From NCBI GenBank assembly GCA_951406725.2, contig OX597820.1, forward strand, positions 99,138,001-99,202,000: DNA of 64,000 nucleotides. Direction: 5' to 3'. Source of the stretch: Octopus vulgaris (Eukaryota). Positions 38,555 to 51,790 of this stretch are shown piece by piece (the stretch's first letter is position 1; every line of letters starts with the position of its first letter). Both the position numbers and the translations under genes were made by a program. The notes under the pieces were generated by a model that was not told the origin of the DNA, searched no databases, and saw nothing but the letters and a program-made list of their open reading frames with translations.

Positions 38555-39832
38555 TCAGTGGTTCGGCTCTTCTTCGTCTTTTTCTCTTTTATCTTTTTCA
38601 CGGGCCTGTGGAGGATTTTGACGCAGGCCCTCGTATATGTAAGGTGAGATATCCATCCTTAGAGGGCCTACGTCGTGGTAAAATTCGGACTTTATCCGTC
38701 CGTAATCCTTCTGGCCTATTCTATATATTATAAAGTCTTTTGTTGTGGTTTTTTCCACTTTTCTAACCGTTGACATTGCTGCCAAACGATTCACGAGTCT
38801 ATTATTCGATGCCTTAATGGCCATAAACGTGCTGACACTCTCCTTCCTCCTTTTCAGGTTCAATTTGTGAGGGGTGGTTTCTGTTTTTTGTTTTTCCCTC
38901 ATTTTCTTGGAAATCGTTGACCACCTCTCCTCTTTTTCATTTTCTTCACATCTTTCTTTCTTTCGTGTTTCTTTGGGTGCTGTTTCTGGTGTTCTATTCG
39001 GTGTTGCCTCTGACGATTTATCTGGTGTTGATTCTGGTGGTGATGTTTCTTGAGGTTTTGGCTGGCATTCCGCTCTTATGTGTCCCTTCATGCCACAGTT
39101 GAAGCATCTTGGCTTCCTACCCTCTACAAAGACTATTACTTTTTCTTCTTCGTTAATTCTTATGGTCTCTGGAATTTCTTCCAGAGTTTGGATTTCGGCT
39201 TGAATAGCCATTGATAGGCACTACCCCATCCAGTGCTCCTCTTCCTCTACTGAAGCCTGGAGAATATTAATCTTTTCCTCCAGTCCCAACATGACTGCTG
39301 CCACCAGACATGTGGCATCCACCTCAGGGAGGATGTTATTGATCTTAAGTTTTGAAGTTCTTCGTCCCATGTAAATTGGGAGAAGAACTATCTCCTCTGA
39401 TTTCAGTGTTTCCGATGACAATTTTCTTTCCACTTCCTCCGATCTGAATCTCACCTCCACTGCTCCAAATCTTTTGCCTCGATTTATATAAGTTATCTCC
39501 TGCCAAATTTGTTTTAAGCATTTTTCAATTTTCTTCTCCTCCACTCTTTGTATCATCTTTTTTGTTGCATTATACGTTTTGTAAATGATTCTCCTTTTGT
39601 TCACTTCCTCGGTTGTGTTCTCGTTCGATGTTATTATAATTTCTGTGCCTTCTTTCTTTAAGTTTGACATATATTTTTCCAGGTTACTTTTTTCGGTATT
39701 TAGTTTTCTCTCCTTCTTACCAGCCACTTCAGCAAATTTCTTCATTGGGGCTGCGTTCATTTTAGGCGATACTGCCGGTGAGTTTCCTTCACCTGACTCA
39801 GGTGAGCATGGAGTGTGAGTTTCCATTTCCAC
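38555..39832 (-). pseudogene. LINE ORF1, gag-like with a zinc knuckle
   Basis: Two ORF-track pieces in the same frame separated by TAG at 39221; CX2CX4HX4C motif. Confidence 0.8.
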
Positions 39833-40299
39833 AAAGAATTTTGGTTTAAAAAGCCTTTCACGAAAATTGGCTTAAACAAGCCTTTCACAAAATTTGGCTT
39901 AACAAGCCTTTCGCACAGGTTTATATTACAGCTACACAATAATACCCCGCGGGGGAGGGGGGATTTCAACACGTAGCTTTCAAACGAAGGCAAATAACAG
40001 TTTTCGACAACAAAGAACAACAAAATTTACAGTAACAATAACGAATTAACGTACCGATAGTAAAATTCCAAACAACAGAGTAACGTGGTGACAATTCGAC
40101 TTCCCCCATGATTAAGTAATGGGGATGACTAGGCTTAAATAAGAAATTAAAATGATTGACTGGAGAACGTTTACTTAATCATGCAAATAATAGCTTATGG
40201 GAATATTCCATTATGTACTGATATACTACTATAACCAAGGAAATTTAAATTTCAGACCGATGGTAAAAGTTCTATTTCTTAAAAAATAATAATGCTAAA

Positions 40300-41240
40300 T
40301 ATAAACGTTTCAAATTTACCGGCAAAATTAGTTTAAGACCGTATCATTCTTAATAACTAGTGAACAACGTCTCGGCATTGAATTCTCTAAGTGATTACAA
40401 AATTCTATGGAAATGTTTTGCCATATTTCATTGATATAATCGAATAATTGTTTTAGATTAGATGGTTTTTTAGCATAATTTCACAAGTTCTCGATCGGAT
40501 TTAGGTTCGGGCTCTGGGGAGGCCATTCGATTACGTCAATATTATGGTGATCAAATGATTCCATAATATTTTTGGATTTGTGCACAGGACTATTGTCCTG
40601 CTGATAAATAGCCCCCGGAGGCATTTGGTGAGTCAAATATGGCACATTATCCTTTATAAGATTCATAAAACCTACACTATTTAGATTTCCATCAACTTTA
40701 ACTAGAAGGCCAACACCAAAGCTACTAAATGCCGCCCACACCATCACCCCCTCTCCCCGCTTGCGTCGTCTTTTTCACGCATTTCGGATGGAATTCCTCG
40801 GTTGGGCGACGTCTGACATATGTTTTACCATCTGATTCAAATATTCAGAAGCGTGACTCGTCACTCCAAAGGACCCTGCACCAATCTTCGGCTGTCCATT
40901 GAGCATGGCTTTTTGCGAAATTAAGACGTTTGAGTCGACTTTTTCGGATATTATAGGCTTTTCCCATGTAGTCCAAATTCTCTCAAACGGTTGCGGACAG
41001 TTCATGGTGTAAAAATAACACCTTTCTCGTTGGACAATTGTTTACAAATGTCAACGTCTGTCAGCATTCCGTTGCCTTTCGAAAGTCGGTGGATTCGACG
41101 GTCCAACTGCGCCATCCTTTTTCTTGGGGTGCCAGTCCTTTGCCGATCTTTATATTGACCAGTCTCCAAAAATAACTTACACGCTTGCACATAAGCCGTT
41201 TTACTGCACTTTAGTAGTTTGCTTATGTTCGAAAAGGAAA
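40300..41240 (-). mobile_element. Tc1-like DD34E transposase relic
   Basis: Encodes MVWAAFS...YQQDNSPVHKS...WPPQSPNLNPIENL. Confidence 0.85.
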
Positions 41241-41244
41241 CTTT

Positions 41245-41745
41245 TTGCTGCTAGAATATCACCACGATTTTTGCTCTCTTGTCTGGACTGAGGCTACGAT
41301 TCTAGCCCTATTTTTTTTTCTTAGGTGGAAGGTGAAGAAATCCACCAACCCAGGGCCAGAGATAAAAATGCCTGTTATTAAACCTTTCATTCACGTCTTC
41401 CAAATCACCTTTCTTGCAATTGCTACTACGATGAGAATGCAATTCTTACCTTCTTTCGATAGGAAATTCGGTGGGTCAATTTTTACTATTGACTCAGTCG
41501 ATAACTGTACTCTTCCTGTACTAGACGATAGTTGTTCGGCATAAACCCACACATCTGAAACCACCGAACACTGAACAATAGCATGCGGGATGGTTTCCCT
41601 GACTTGCCCACATCTTGGACAGGTCGGTGGGTTAGGGCCACCATGATTGCGAGTTTGTCCCAGACAGGTAAGGCTCCTCGGTAACATTGCCATGCCAAAG
41701 ACGTCTGGAAGTTATCCAGTGTCTTCGGCCCGAATGTACGTTGGC
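41245..41745 (-). mobile_element. Second L1/Tx1-clade LINE 3' fragment
   Basis: Encodes CPRCGQVRETIPHAIVQC; similar to 35291-35690. Confidence 0.8.
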
Positions 41746-42395
41746 AAAAGAGCCCAATAGAATATGTACCAGACTAAAAATTAATACCAGGTTGATTTGT
41801 TTGACCAAACACCTCGAGGTAGTGGTCCAGCACGGCCACAGTCTTATAACTGAAATATATAAAGATAAAAAGATTACAGAGGTGAATTTATTTTTCTCCA
41901 AACTTTTAAACTTAAATGTTATTCATGAGAGCTAAATCATCATCATCATTTAATGTCTGCAATGATGATGGTGATGGTGATGGTGATGAATTAACTCTCA
42001 TGTACAACATTTAGGCTTAAAAGTCTGGGAAAATGTTAACTCTTTTGTTTCCAGTTATGAGATGGCATGACTGGAAGCAAGTTATATCTATTACACATGC
42101 CAACTGATGTGTAACAGAGAGTTAAAATCACAACAATGAAGTTTCACTCTTCGACAGTTGTGATATATTAAATGTTTGGTAAACACACAAAGGTTCCCTG
42201 AAATTACTGCCACCAGTCTTCAGTATGGAAGGCTAGGATGTAATACAGTAATGAACCTCTTATCTAGCTTCCAGAATTCCTTGAATACTTGTCCCATATT
42301 GTGTAAACAGATCTTGTTTGTGAAATTGGTTAATTTGCATACAAGGTATCAAAACTAGTTTTGCTCTTTACTTCACGTGGATTGATAAGGATTAA

Positions 42396-42615
42396 CCCTT
42401 TAGTATTTAAACCGGCCATATCCGGCCAAAATAGCTAATCTGTTTTATGTTCAAACTGACCAGATCCAGGCTCTCACACCTACCCCACAATGTTATTCTA
42501 CATCAAGTAATTACACCATCAAGATCTTGAAGATATGAGATAATGCATGATTAATTCAAATCAATGGGAATCAATAAGCATTAATGTTTGATAGAATAAT
42601 CTGAACACTAAAGGG
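42396..42615. mobile_element. piggyBac-type MITE
   Basis: TTAA|CCCTTTAGT...ACTAAAGGG|TTAA, giving a TIR and a TTAA target-site duplication. Confidence 0.8.
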
Positions 42616-42911
42616 TTAAACACACTCTGCTTTAGAAGTGTATTAACTTGTATTTGTGTCTGTTAAATAAAATCATGTTCTCTACTTTTCTTTGTTTAAT
42701 TTTCTTACTGTGATGGTTGGCTGAAAAGATCACAGGCTGACCAAGATACTCTCATAGAATGTGTCCAAATGAGGGTTATTTTCCAACATAGTCTCCCTAG
42801 CAATCCACACACTTCTCCCATTGGTGTTGCAGTGCATGGATCCCATTAGTGAAGACGCTTTTATCTTGTTGCCCCCAAAATTTATCAGCAGCAGATATGA
42901 CATCATTATCA

Positions 42912-43143
42912 CTCTGGCAGAATCGTTAGCACACTGGGCAAAATGCTTAGCGGTATTTCGTCTGCTGTTACATTCTGAGTTCAGTTCAAATTCCGCCGAG
43001 GTCGACTTTACCTTTCATCCCCTCAGGGTCGATTCAATAAGTACCAGTTATGCACTGGGGTCGATGTAATCAACTTAATCCTTTTGTCTGTGTTTGTTTG
43101 TCCCCTCTATGTTTAGCCCACTGTAGGCAATAAAGAAATAAAT
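42912..43143 (+). mobile_element. SINE family B copy
   Basis: Head, core and AATAAAGAAATA tail. Confidence 0.8.
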
Positions 43144-43191
43144 ATTGGTTCCTGGCCAAGTTAAGATTAGGGTTAGGGTAACCCTAAGAGG

Positions 43192-43258
<67 letters not shown>

Positions 43259-44759
43259 ATAGTTTCCAAATATTTATTTTTCCAATACAGGTTGAGGAAT
43301 TTTATTTCTGCAATCATATTTTCAATGTTTAAAAAAGTTTATAACACTGAAGAAATCCTTGATTAATCCACTTCCGATTAAAAACAGCACAAGTAATACA
43401 GCTAATGCTGAAAATAGTCACAAATCAATATTCCATTCCAGTTGTAACATATAGACAAAATATTAGGAATCAAAAATTGATCCCAAGATTAATAGAATAA
43501 ATATGGACAAAGCAATTCATTGTTATGTAGTTGGCTTCACAAGACATTTCCTGAGTTGCCCCAGGGAAAATATCCTCTAATGATGTATTACACTAGCTTT
43601 GTCAACAATATGCTTCATATCTGCTTCATATCTGCTTATTGCTATTTAAGGCAATTTATAACATCGTCAAATACTTAACTTATATTACAGAAATTACTAA
43701 ATATCATGTTTGTAGTATTGTGTTGCTATTTTTTTTATATTTGGATATAGGTGCAGGCTTGGCTGTGTAGTACGAAGTTTTCTTCTCAACCTGATGTTTT
43801 CAGGTTCAATCTCACTGCCTGACATCTTGAACATGTACCTGCTACTATAGTCTTAAGTAAACAAAAGCCTTGTGTGTAGATTCGGTAGAAGCTTGTCACA
43901 CACACGTGTGTGTGTGTGTCTTTGCACTGACATTGCCTGATTATTGTGAATGTCACTATTTTGCAAGTGTTGTCCTTTGTTTCTACTCTTCTGTGACCTT
44001 TCTGGTTATGAAAACAAGTATCCAGCTGTGGAAACTCTACCTCAACAAATTCTGTCTGATCCAGGCGAGCATTGTAAAATGGACTTTGAAACAATAGTGA
44101 TGACGACGACGACGATGATGATGATGATGAAGTGGGACTGAACCCAAGATGACACAATTGGGAAGCAAGCTTCTCAACTATACGTCCATGCTTACACTTA
44201 CATATTGTATTGGCTTTAAAATGATTTTAACTTTAAATATCAGCAGCATTTCAGCCATGACTATATTCTCCTTTAATTTGGTCTGATCTTGGGCAAAACA
44301 AGCTAATGTATCTTTCCTTTTTTTTTAAATGGTTGGATGGGATTAGAGGGAGATTTGGCTGCTATTTCTAGCTGGTCAAGTGATTGCATCAAGCAGGGAT
44401 TCTCTAACATTTTCTTCTGGCATATCTCTTCCTCATGTCCAAAAGTGTTAGCATACCCTATGTGAAGAATATAATGTTAAATGGTTGATTGAGTACTATA
44501 GAACAGATAATAGACATGTATTCATCATCATCATCATCATCGTCATCATTTAATCTCTGTTCTCAATGCTGGCATGGGTTGGACAGTTTGACAGTAGTTA
44601 GCCAGCTCAAGGGCTGTTTGTGTTCTGTTTGTCTGTTTTAGCTTGGGCTCTACAGCTGGATGCTCCTCCTAATGCCAACCACTTCACAGAGTGTACTGGA
44701 TGCTTTTATGTAGTATGAGGATGGGCACTTTTACGTGGTACTTTTACATGGCACCGACA

Positions 44760-45118
44760 CCTGGGTTCAGTCCCACTGCGTGGCATCTTGGGCAAGTGTC
44801 TTCTGCTATAGCCCCGGGCCGACCAATGCCTTGTGAGTGGATTTGGTAGACGGAAACTGAAAAGAAGCCTGTCGTATATATGTATATATATATATATGTA
44901 TGTGTGTGTTTGTGTGTCTGTGGTTGTCCCCCTAGCATTGCTTGACAGCCGATGCTGGTATGTTTACGTCCCCGTCACTTAGCGGTTCGGCAAAAGAGAC
45001 CGATAGAATAAGTACTGGGCTTACAAAGAATAAGTCCCGGGGTCTATTTGCTCGACTAAAGGCGGTGCTCCAGCATGGCTGCAGTCAAATGACTGAAACA
45101 AGTAAAAGAGTAAAAGAG
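44760..45118 (+). mobile_element. SINE family A inserted in a family C retroposon
   Basis: CTTTTACATGGCACCRACAC occurs on both sides. Confidence 0.78.
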
Positions 45119-46120
45119 AGAGACACTTTTACATGGCACCAACACAGGTGCCTTTGTTATTAATTTAACCTAATTTAATGAGCTTAAATTCCACTACAAT
45201 CAACTTTATCATTTATTATTCTATTGTTGATAAAATAAAATATCTCACTACTGGGGTTGATACACCCAGCTATTCCCTCCCCACCCAAATTTCTGGCCTT
45301 GTGCTTATGTGAGAAATAATTTCATTTAATTCAATGTTACTTTTTCTCTTAATGAGAGTGATAAGCTTAGATCTTCCAAATGAGTGACTCTGTTCTAGGC
45401 AGCTCCAGAGAGACACACCCACATATCATTCTCGATTGGAAGTCTTGCATGAAATTCGTTTTTGATAATTAACATTGCGTAAAACCCTTATTCACAACAG
45501 GAAATGAATGAGAACAACAAAAGTCTCAGCACACATTTTCTAAACATAATAGTGGCATTTACATAGTCGTGATTACTTCAAAATTCCTGTCTTTTTACAA
45601 GCCTCACATACTCATGCAATTGCTCCTGTGTTCCCCTAGGGATACACGTACCCCCAAGGATATGCATATCCTGGTTTGCGAACCCCTTGCGTAGAGCCTG
45701 TCTCATGGACTCATGTCTGTTTTTTATTTTCCTTTTTTTAAATGGGCAACTTCATTTCTCAAGCATCAAAGCAGAAATTCATGTGCAGGAAACTATCTGA
45801 ATCATAGTGAAGCTTTAGAGTAAGCCTTCGAACCGTTAAAAATCTAAAAGTGACTGGTTTCAATTTAAAGTGTTCCTTTGCACTGTGCATAGCTTGAACT
45901 TTGAAGTAATATAACTCTTCTACATTCACAGCGGAGTTATATCCCTTGTGACGTCATCACTTTCATTACTATAAATTTTTTTTTTTCCTTCAGAAACGCA
46001 TTACCCTTTTATAAAGTTTTTTTTTTTTTAACTTTCTCGCTATAAATTGTAATCCATAAGTTAAAATATTTCTTTGTTTTGTAAACATACTCAGGAGTTT
46101 TTAAAATCTTTGTATTAAAT

Positions 46121-46500
46121 GGCGCAGGAGTGGCTGTGTGGTAAGTAGCTTGCTTACCAACCACATGGTTCCGGGTTCAGTCCCACTGCGTGGCACCTTG
46201 GGCAAGTGTCTTCTACTATAGCCTCGGGCCGACCAAAGCCTTGTGAGTGGATTTGGTAGACGGAAACCGAAATAAGCCCGTCGTATATATGTATGTATAT
46301 GTGTTTGTGTTTGTGTGTCTGTGTTTGTCCCCGCACCATCGCTTGACAACCGATGTTGGTGTGTTTACGTCCCCGTAACTTAGCGGTTCGGCAAAGAATA
46401 AGTCCTGGAGCAGGGCGATTTCCTCGACTAAAAGTGGTGCTCCAGCATGTCAGCAGTCAAATGACTGAAACAAGTAAAAGAGTAAAAGACAAAGAGTAAA
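46121..46500 (+). mobile_element. SINE family A
   Basis: Complete head and tail. Confidence 0.85.
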
Positions 46501-46834
46501 TGAAGTCACATACAAATAGATATAATGGTGGTCTTATTTTTTTTCTTTTCCTCCTCTTTGTCTTTTTTTTAATTTTATCTAGTTTCAGCTCACGAGCTGT
46601 GGCCATGCTGGGGCACTGCTTTATTTGATTTTGCTGATTCTTGCTAAATACATATTCAAGAAAGTATTTAGTTATATTCCTTTACATTCAGAGTTCAATT
46701 TCTGCTGGGTGTGACTTTGCGGTTCAACTTTTCAGGATGATTAAAATAAAGTACTAATGTTGATTTAACTAACAGTAAATGCTTTCCTAAATTTATGGTT
46801 ATGTGCCAGTGATGTGGAGATATTAGCAGTCAAA

Positions 46835-47294
46835 CCAAAGAATCTCAAACTTGAAATCTTCAAAGCCACAGTCGAACCAATTCTACTATATGGCTCAGAA
46901 ACCTGGACATTATCAAAGAAGCTTGAGAGGCGGTTGGATAAAACCTACACTCGCCTCCTTATGAGAGCTCAAAATCTCTCGTGGAAGCGTCATCCAACCA
47001 AAATGTAAATATATGGGAAACTACCACCTGTATCATCTCTTGTGAAAGGTAGGAGAGTCCAGTTTGCTGGACATTGTTGTAGAGCTGAAAACGATGCAAT
47101 TTCTACTCTTCTCCTCTGGAAGCCATCTACTCGCAATACCAGAGGGTGCATACTCTCCTACCCTGATGTAATCTCCAGGGATACAGGCATCCAGCAACAG
47201 GACCTCCGTAATGCTATGATGGACCGTGAAGTCTGGTGTAGCATGGTAAATTCCATTGTCTCGACCACGGTCGAACAATGATGATGATGATGAT
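46835..47294 (+). mobile_element. RTE-clade LINE 3' fragment with a (GAT)n tail
   Basis: Encodes FKATVEPILLYGSETWTL...QFAGHCCR. Confidence 0.8.
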
Positions 47295-47842
47295 GTCTTT
47301 TGATAAATTATTGATACTGTCAGTCCCAAGTCCTGAGAGAAGAACAGGATTTGAACTCAGAATGCACAGAGATGGAACAGATACTACAAGGCATCCAATC
47401 TGATGTACTAACAGTTATCTCAATCCACCAACTGAATGGGTACTGTTTTTTTTTTGTTGACCCGGAAAGAGTAAATGACAAAGCTGACTTCAGCAAAAAT
47501 TGAACTCAGAATGCAGAGAACCAGAACAAATACTACAAAGCATTTTATCCAACACTCATTCACTCTGAAAAATCACTACATTGCCAGAGATAGATGTCTT
47601 TTTAATTCACAAAGACATACACAGACACACACAGACAAATATATACATCTTTTTAATTTGTTTACAGGAAACGTTTTGAATATGGAAATAAAGCTCCTAT
47701 TCTATTATGCTGGTCATGGTCTAATGATGCTGACTTGTGAACCAGATTTTTGGGGGGTTGCATTGAACTGTGCCGATATGATGTAGGATAAATATAATAA
47801 TAATAATAACAATAATTCTTGGATGGAATTTATAAACATTTA

Positions 47843-48190
47843 ATTGCATGGCACTTTGGGCAAGTGTCTTCTACTATAGCCTTGGGCCGACCAAAGCCTT
47901 GTGAGTGGATTTCGTAGATGGAAACTGAAAGAAGCCTGTCGTATATATGTATATGTATATATGTGTGCATGTATGTTTGTATGTCTGTGTTTGTCCCCCC
48001 AACATCGCTTGACAACCGATGCTGATGTGTTTATGTCCCCGTCACTTAGCGGTTTGGCAAAAGAGACTGATAGAATAAGTACTGGGCTTACAAAGACTAA
48101 GTCCCGGGGTCGAGTTGCTCGATTAAAGGTGGTGCTCCAGCATGGCCACAGTCAAATGACTGAAACAAGTAAAAGAAAGAAAGAGAAAGA
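47843..48190 (+). mobile_element. SINE family A, 5' truncated
   Basis: Similar to the other copies. Confidence 0.8.
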
Positions 48191-48357
48191 GATTATTTAC
48201 ATTTGACGGATATTTGTCCTCATCTTGTTTCTTGTTAACATGTTTTGGCTCATATACCCTCCAAGCCTTCATCAGGTGTCTTGGGGAAACTTCCAGCCTG
48301 GTTTCTCATTCCTAAGGTAATTTTCGATGTTGTTATTATTATTATTATTATTATTCA

Positions 48358-48430
48358 GGTCACTGCCTAGAATCGAACTCGGAATCTTGGGGTTAGTAGC
48401 CCGTGCTCTTAACCACTACGCCATATGCCC
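48358..48430 (-). pseudogene. tRNA-derived head (not a functional tRNA)
   Basis: GGGCATATGGCGTAGTGGTTAAGAGCACGGGCTACTAACCCCAAGATTCCGAGTTCGATTCTAGG has A and B boxes plus anticodon and T arms, but a poor acceptor stem. Confidence 0.65.
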
Positions 48431-48601
48431 ACAGACATATGGTAGCCTGTGCTCTTAACTACTATGGGCATATGGCGTAGTAGTTAAGAGTGCAGGCTAC
48501 TAACCCCAAGATTCCGAGTCCGATTCTAGGCATTGACCTGAATAATAATAATATCAAAAATTACCTTAGGAATGAGAAACCAGGTTCGAAATTTCTCCAA
48601 G

Positions 48602-48645
48602 ACACCTGATGAAGGCTGGAGGGTTTATCAGCCGAAACATTGTGT
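48602..48645 (+). ncRNA. Minimal type I hammerhead ribozyme motif (PLE type)
   Basis: ACAC-CTGATGA-A-GGCTG[10 nt]CAGCC-GAAA-CATT-GTGT. Confidence 0.7.
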
Positions 48646-49186
48646 TAACAACAAAGATGAGGACAAATATCTGTCAAATGTAAATAATGTAAATAATGTA
48701 CATAATTCCTCATCCCTTAAATATAGAACTGTATTTAATGCACTGCTATGCAGATTTCCACTAGTCACATGTCTCTTAAGATCACAGTCCATATGGGTAT
48801 CGGGTTGATAATCATCCTGGATTCATTTCTTCAGGCAATATAACATTGATGGATGTTTAACAGAGGGTTGTTTATCTCTTTTGACCAATGCAAAGGTTGA
48901 TTGAGTTATGTGGGTATTTCCGTGTGTATTTGGTGGGGAGGTGGGGAAGGTGATGGAAAGAGAGGAGGAATAGTAGTTATATGCGGATGGAGGTGTGTAT
49001 GGTGATGGTTTAAGAACTGCATCCAGCTCCAGTGTCTGATTTGGCATGGTTGTTTAGCTGAATGCCCTACCTTGTGCCAACCACTTTACAGTGTTTACTG
49101 CGTGCTTTTTTCATGCTACCAGCTGTAATGGCATTGCCATGCAGCTAAGCAAGACTATGAACCTCAGAGTTGGTGGGAGCGCTTCA

Positions 49187-49680
49187 TCTATTATATAAAA
49201 TCCGTTCTCTGTGTGTGTGTGTGTGTCTTGTAGGATCTCGGGCATCCTCCATCCGATTGCACTCAAATTTGATATGTAGATACCAACAGTATCAGGGCAT
49301 GTATAAGTCTTGAAAAAATTACAAAAATCGATTCCAGGTGAGAATGCGATCGATAAAGCCGTGGGAACGTGCATTTGTACATGCAAGTACATCAGCTGTT
49401 GCGATCGATACTACGTGTACGTGAGAAAAATGCATGTGCAGTTTGTGCAAAAAAAAGCCGGCTGGCTTAAAATAAAGCCACAAAATGCAGCATATTTAAG
49501 AGACCAAAAAAGTAAGATGCAAAAGAGATATTTTCTTCAAACTTGGCATGAAGGAAGGAAAGACTATTTGGTTTCTCAAGAAGTTTTTTTTTTTGCCTTA
49601 ACTTTGTTTAACAAAACCAAAAATTTTATTGAAATAAAGGCATGCTTAATTGTTTTTTAATGAAAAGAACACACTGATTG
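49187..49680 (+). mobile_element. 5' part of a non-autonomous Helitron
   Basis: A|TCTATTATATAAAA followed by (TG)n and CCGATTGCACTCAAATTT, like the 31.9-kb Helitron end. Confidence 0.55.
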
Positions 49681-50889
49681 CTTTTTATTCAGCAGATATG
49701 ATTCAGAACCATCCATTGGTTGGTGGGAGGAGGCGTTTTGCTCGTGTTAGTATATCAGATGTTAAGGTATGAGAGAAGGTGTCAGAGCAGAACAGGTTTC
49801 TTGCAGTAGAGGAGCGATATGACTACTCACATTTAGAAGAGAGGGTCAGAATGATCAGGTGGAGTAGGAAAGAGATATAATAGCAGTGATGAGGTGTTCA
49901 AGTTCCCTCCCTCTCTCGAGGTACAAGGTAAGTAGAAATGAGAGGGAATAGGGAAACCACAAATGCAGGAGGGTAGAAGGGCAGGTGGGTGGGTGGTTGG
50001 CAGGTTGCAACAGTAGATTGTGAAGTGAGAAAGGAGAGGGATGGATGAGGAGAGGGGAGATAGCATCTGTAAAGGTTGGATAAGTTTAAAAGCTGGATGT
50101 AGTGAATAAGTTGTAGGGGAATAACAAACGATGCATGAGTTGGAGGGTAGATAAGGGTGCAGAAGAAAGTGGAAGCAGGGGGAGATAATAGTGATGATAC
50201 AGTAAGCACGGGAAGGACGAGAGAGATATGACAGATAGATGGATGGTTTGCAGGAGGGTTGGGGTGGGGTGGGAGAAAGAGGCAGGTGTAATGCCTGAGG
50301 AGAGAGAGAGAGAGAGAGATGTATGGTAGAGGAGGAGAAAAGATAATTGGGGAGCTCAGTGTGTAACCAATGTATGTAAATTGTAGGTGGAGAGAACAGT
50401 ATCAATATATGGAGTATGAATAATACGTGAAATGGTTCCAGGTAACAAGAAAAATAAGTGGTATCAAGTGAGAGCAACAGTTGGAGAAATGATGGGTGGG
50501 GAGAATGGGGTGATTTGAGGAGATTGGTCAAAAGGCCCATTTGTTCATACACACACACACATACACATACATATATGTGTAATTATAAGATCCAAGGATC
50601 TAAGTTCAGGAAGTTTGTAAGCTTCAAGCACTTCACGACTCATTTCAAATTATATCTTCGGTGAGTTAGTATTCCTTAACGACACTGTAACGTTCATATA
50701 ATTAAGGTATCTTTGGCCTAGTGAGTAGCTAGCTGAGTATCCCTCATTGACTAATTAGTTACATCAGAGAATATGCTAGCTAGGAAACATATGTAGCCTG
50801 GATTTTACCTCCTCCACTCATTCAATTTGGATACACTCACAGATATAGCTCTTTTAGAACTCTGTTTCACTGAGGCAGGTAGGTCTTTT

Positions 50890-51450
50890 CAAGAACCGTG
50901 TATCATCAATCATCCATGAGGCCCAGAGTCCTGAGATCAGCTGTCACCACTTCATTTTATTGTTTTCTTGGGTCACCATTTTCCACAAGTTCCATCCACC
51001 TTGAATGTGCAACAATTCCTTGTATAACTGTCATCATCCATATGCATCATATGTCCGTACCAGAGCAGTCCTTTTTCTTGCTCATTACATCCGATTCCTC
51101 TTATGCCTAGTTTTTCTCTCAGTACATTTATACTGTCATTCATGCACACTTACATTGCACATCTAAGAGAGTATAGTGGCTTCATTTCTTTTCAGTTTTG
51201 TCAAGTTGTCTGTGTTCAAGGCCTGTGTCTCACTACCATGCAACAGTGTAGTTCTAGCACAAACATAAAGCAATCTGCCTTTGACATCAAGGGAAATAGC
51301 TGTGTTGCCAACAGCATTAGTAGCTCCTTGAACTTTCTCTAGCCTGTTCTTACTCTGGCTACTATACTTTCAGAGCAACTTGCTTTCTAATTGCATCTCA
51401 AAGATAACAAAAACTCTCAACTTCTTCTAACAAGCCATTTGGGTATTCCT
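50890..51450 (-). mobile_element. Old RTE LINE fragment
   Basis: Similar to the fragments at 2455-2800 and 56580-57140. Confidence 0.5.
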
Positions 51451-51790
51451 CATACATACTGCTCCAGGGCATTCATCACATACGAAGCATGTATTCACTA
51501 TTAGTCTGCTTATAATTCTACATCTCTTATGTGTTCATAGCTTACATTGGGTACAACAAATACAGTTAATATCTCCTCCTCCTTTTCTGCCTGCATGGCA
51601 ATGTGGTGAGAAGTTTGCTTCCCAACCATATGGTTCCAGGTTCAGTCCCACTGCATGGCACCTTGGGCAGATGTCTTCAACTATAGCCTTGAGCCAACTA
51701 AAGCCTTGTGAGTGGATTTGGTAGATAGAAACTGAACTGAAAGAGACTCATCATAGGTGTATTGTATGCATGCGTGTGCATGTGTATGTA

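Larger units (their letters stand above)
35291..40080 (-). mobile_element. Near full-length L1/Tx1-clade LINE, disabled
   Basis: ORF1 39832-38555 (one in-frame stop; CCHC knuckle CFNCGMKGHIRAEC). ORF2 from 38541: APE endonuclease (NVRGL, TET, SDHK) and RT (PGLDGLPYELY, LDQSKTFDRVDH, YADD); broken by frameshifts and stops. Confidence 0.92.
48192..48733. mobile_element. Head-to-head inverted pair of a short element with a tRNA-like head and a hammerhead motif
   Basis: Arms 48192-48430 (minus) and 48466-48688 (plus); each arm has a tRNA-like head, (AAT)n and a hammerhead motif. Confidence 0.75.

Noticed and set aside
43166-43187. TTAGGGTTAGGGTAACCCTAA, resembling a telomere fusion
   Set aside because: Only 2-3 units, too short to support the claim.
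48358-48539. Two apparent tRNA genes (anticodon loop CTACTAA)
   Set aside because: The acceptor stem does not pair and both lie inside a repeat unit, so they are treated as a tRNA-derived head.
49833-50558. 241-aa minus-strand ORF
   Set aside because: It arises from a low-complexity purine-rich tract and has no domain motifs.
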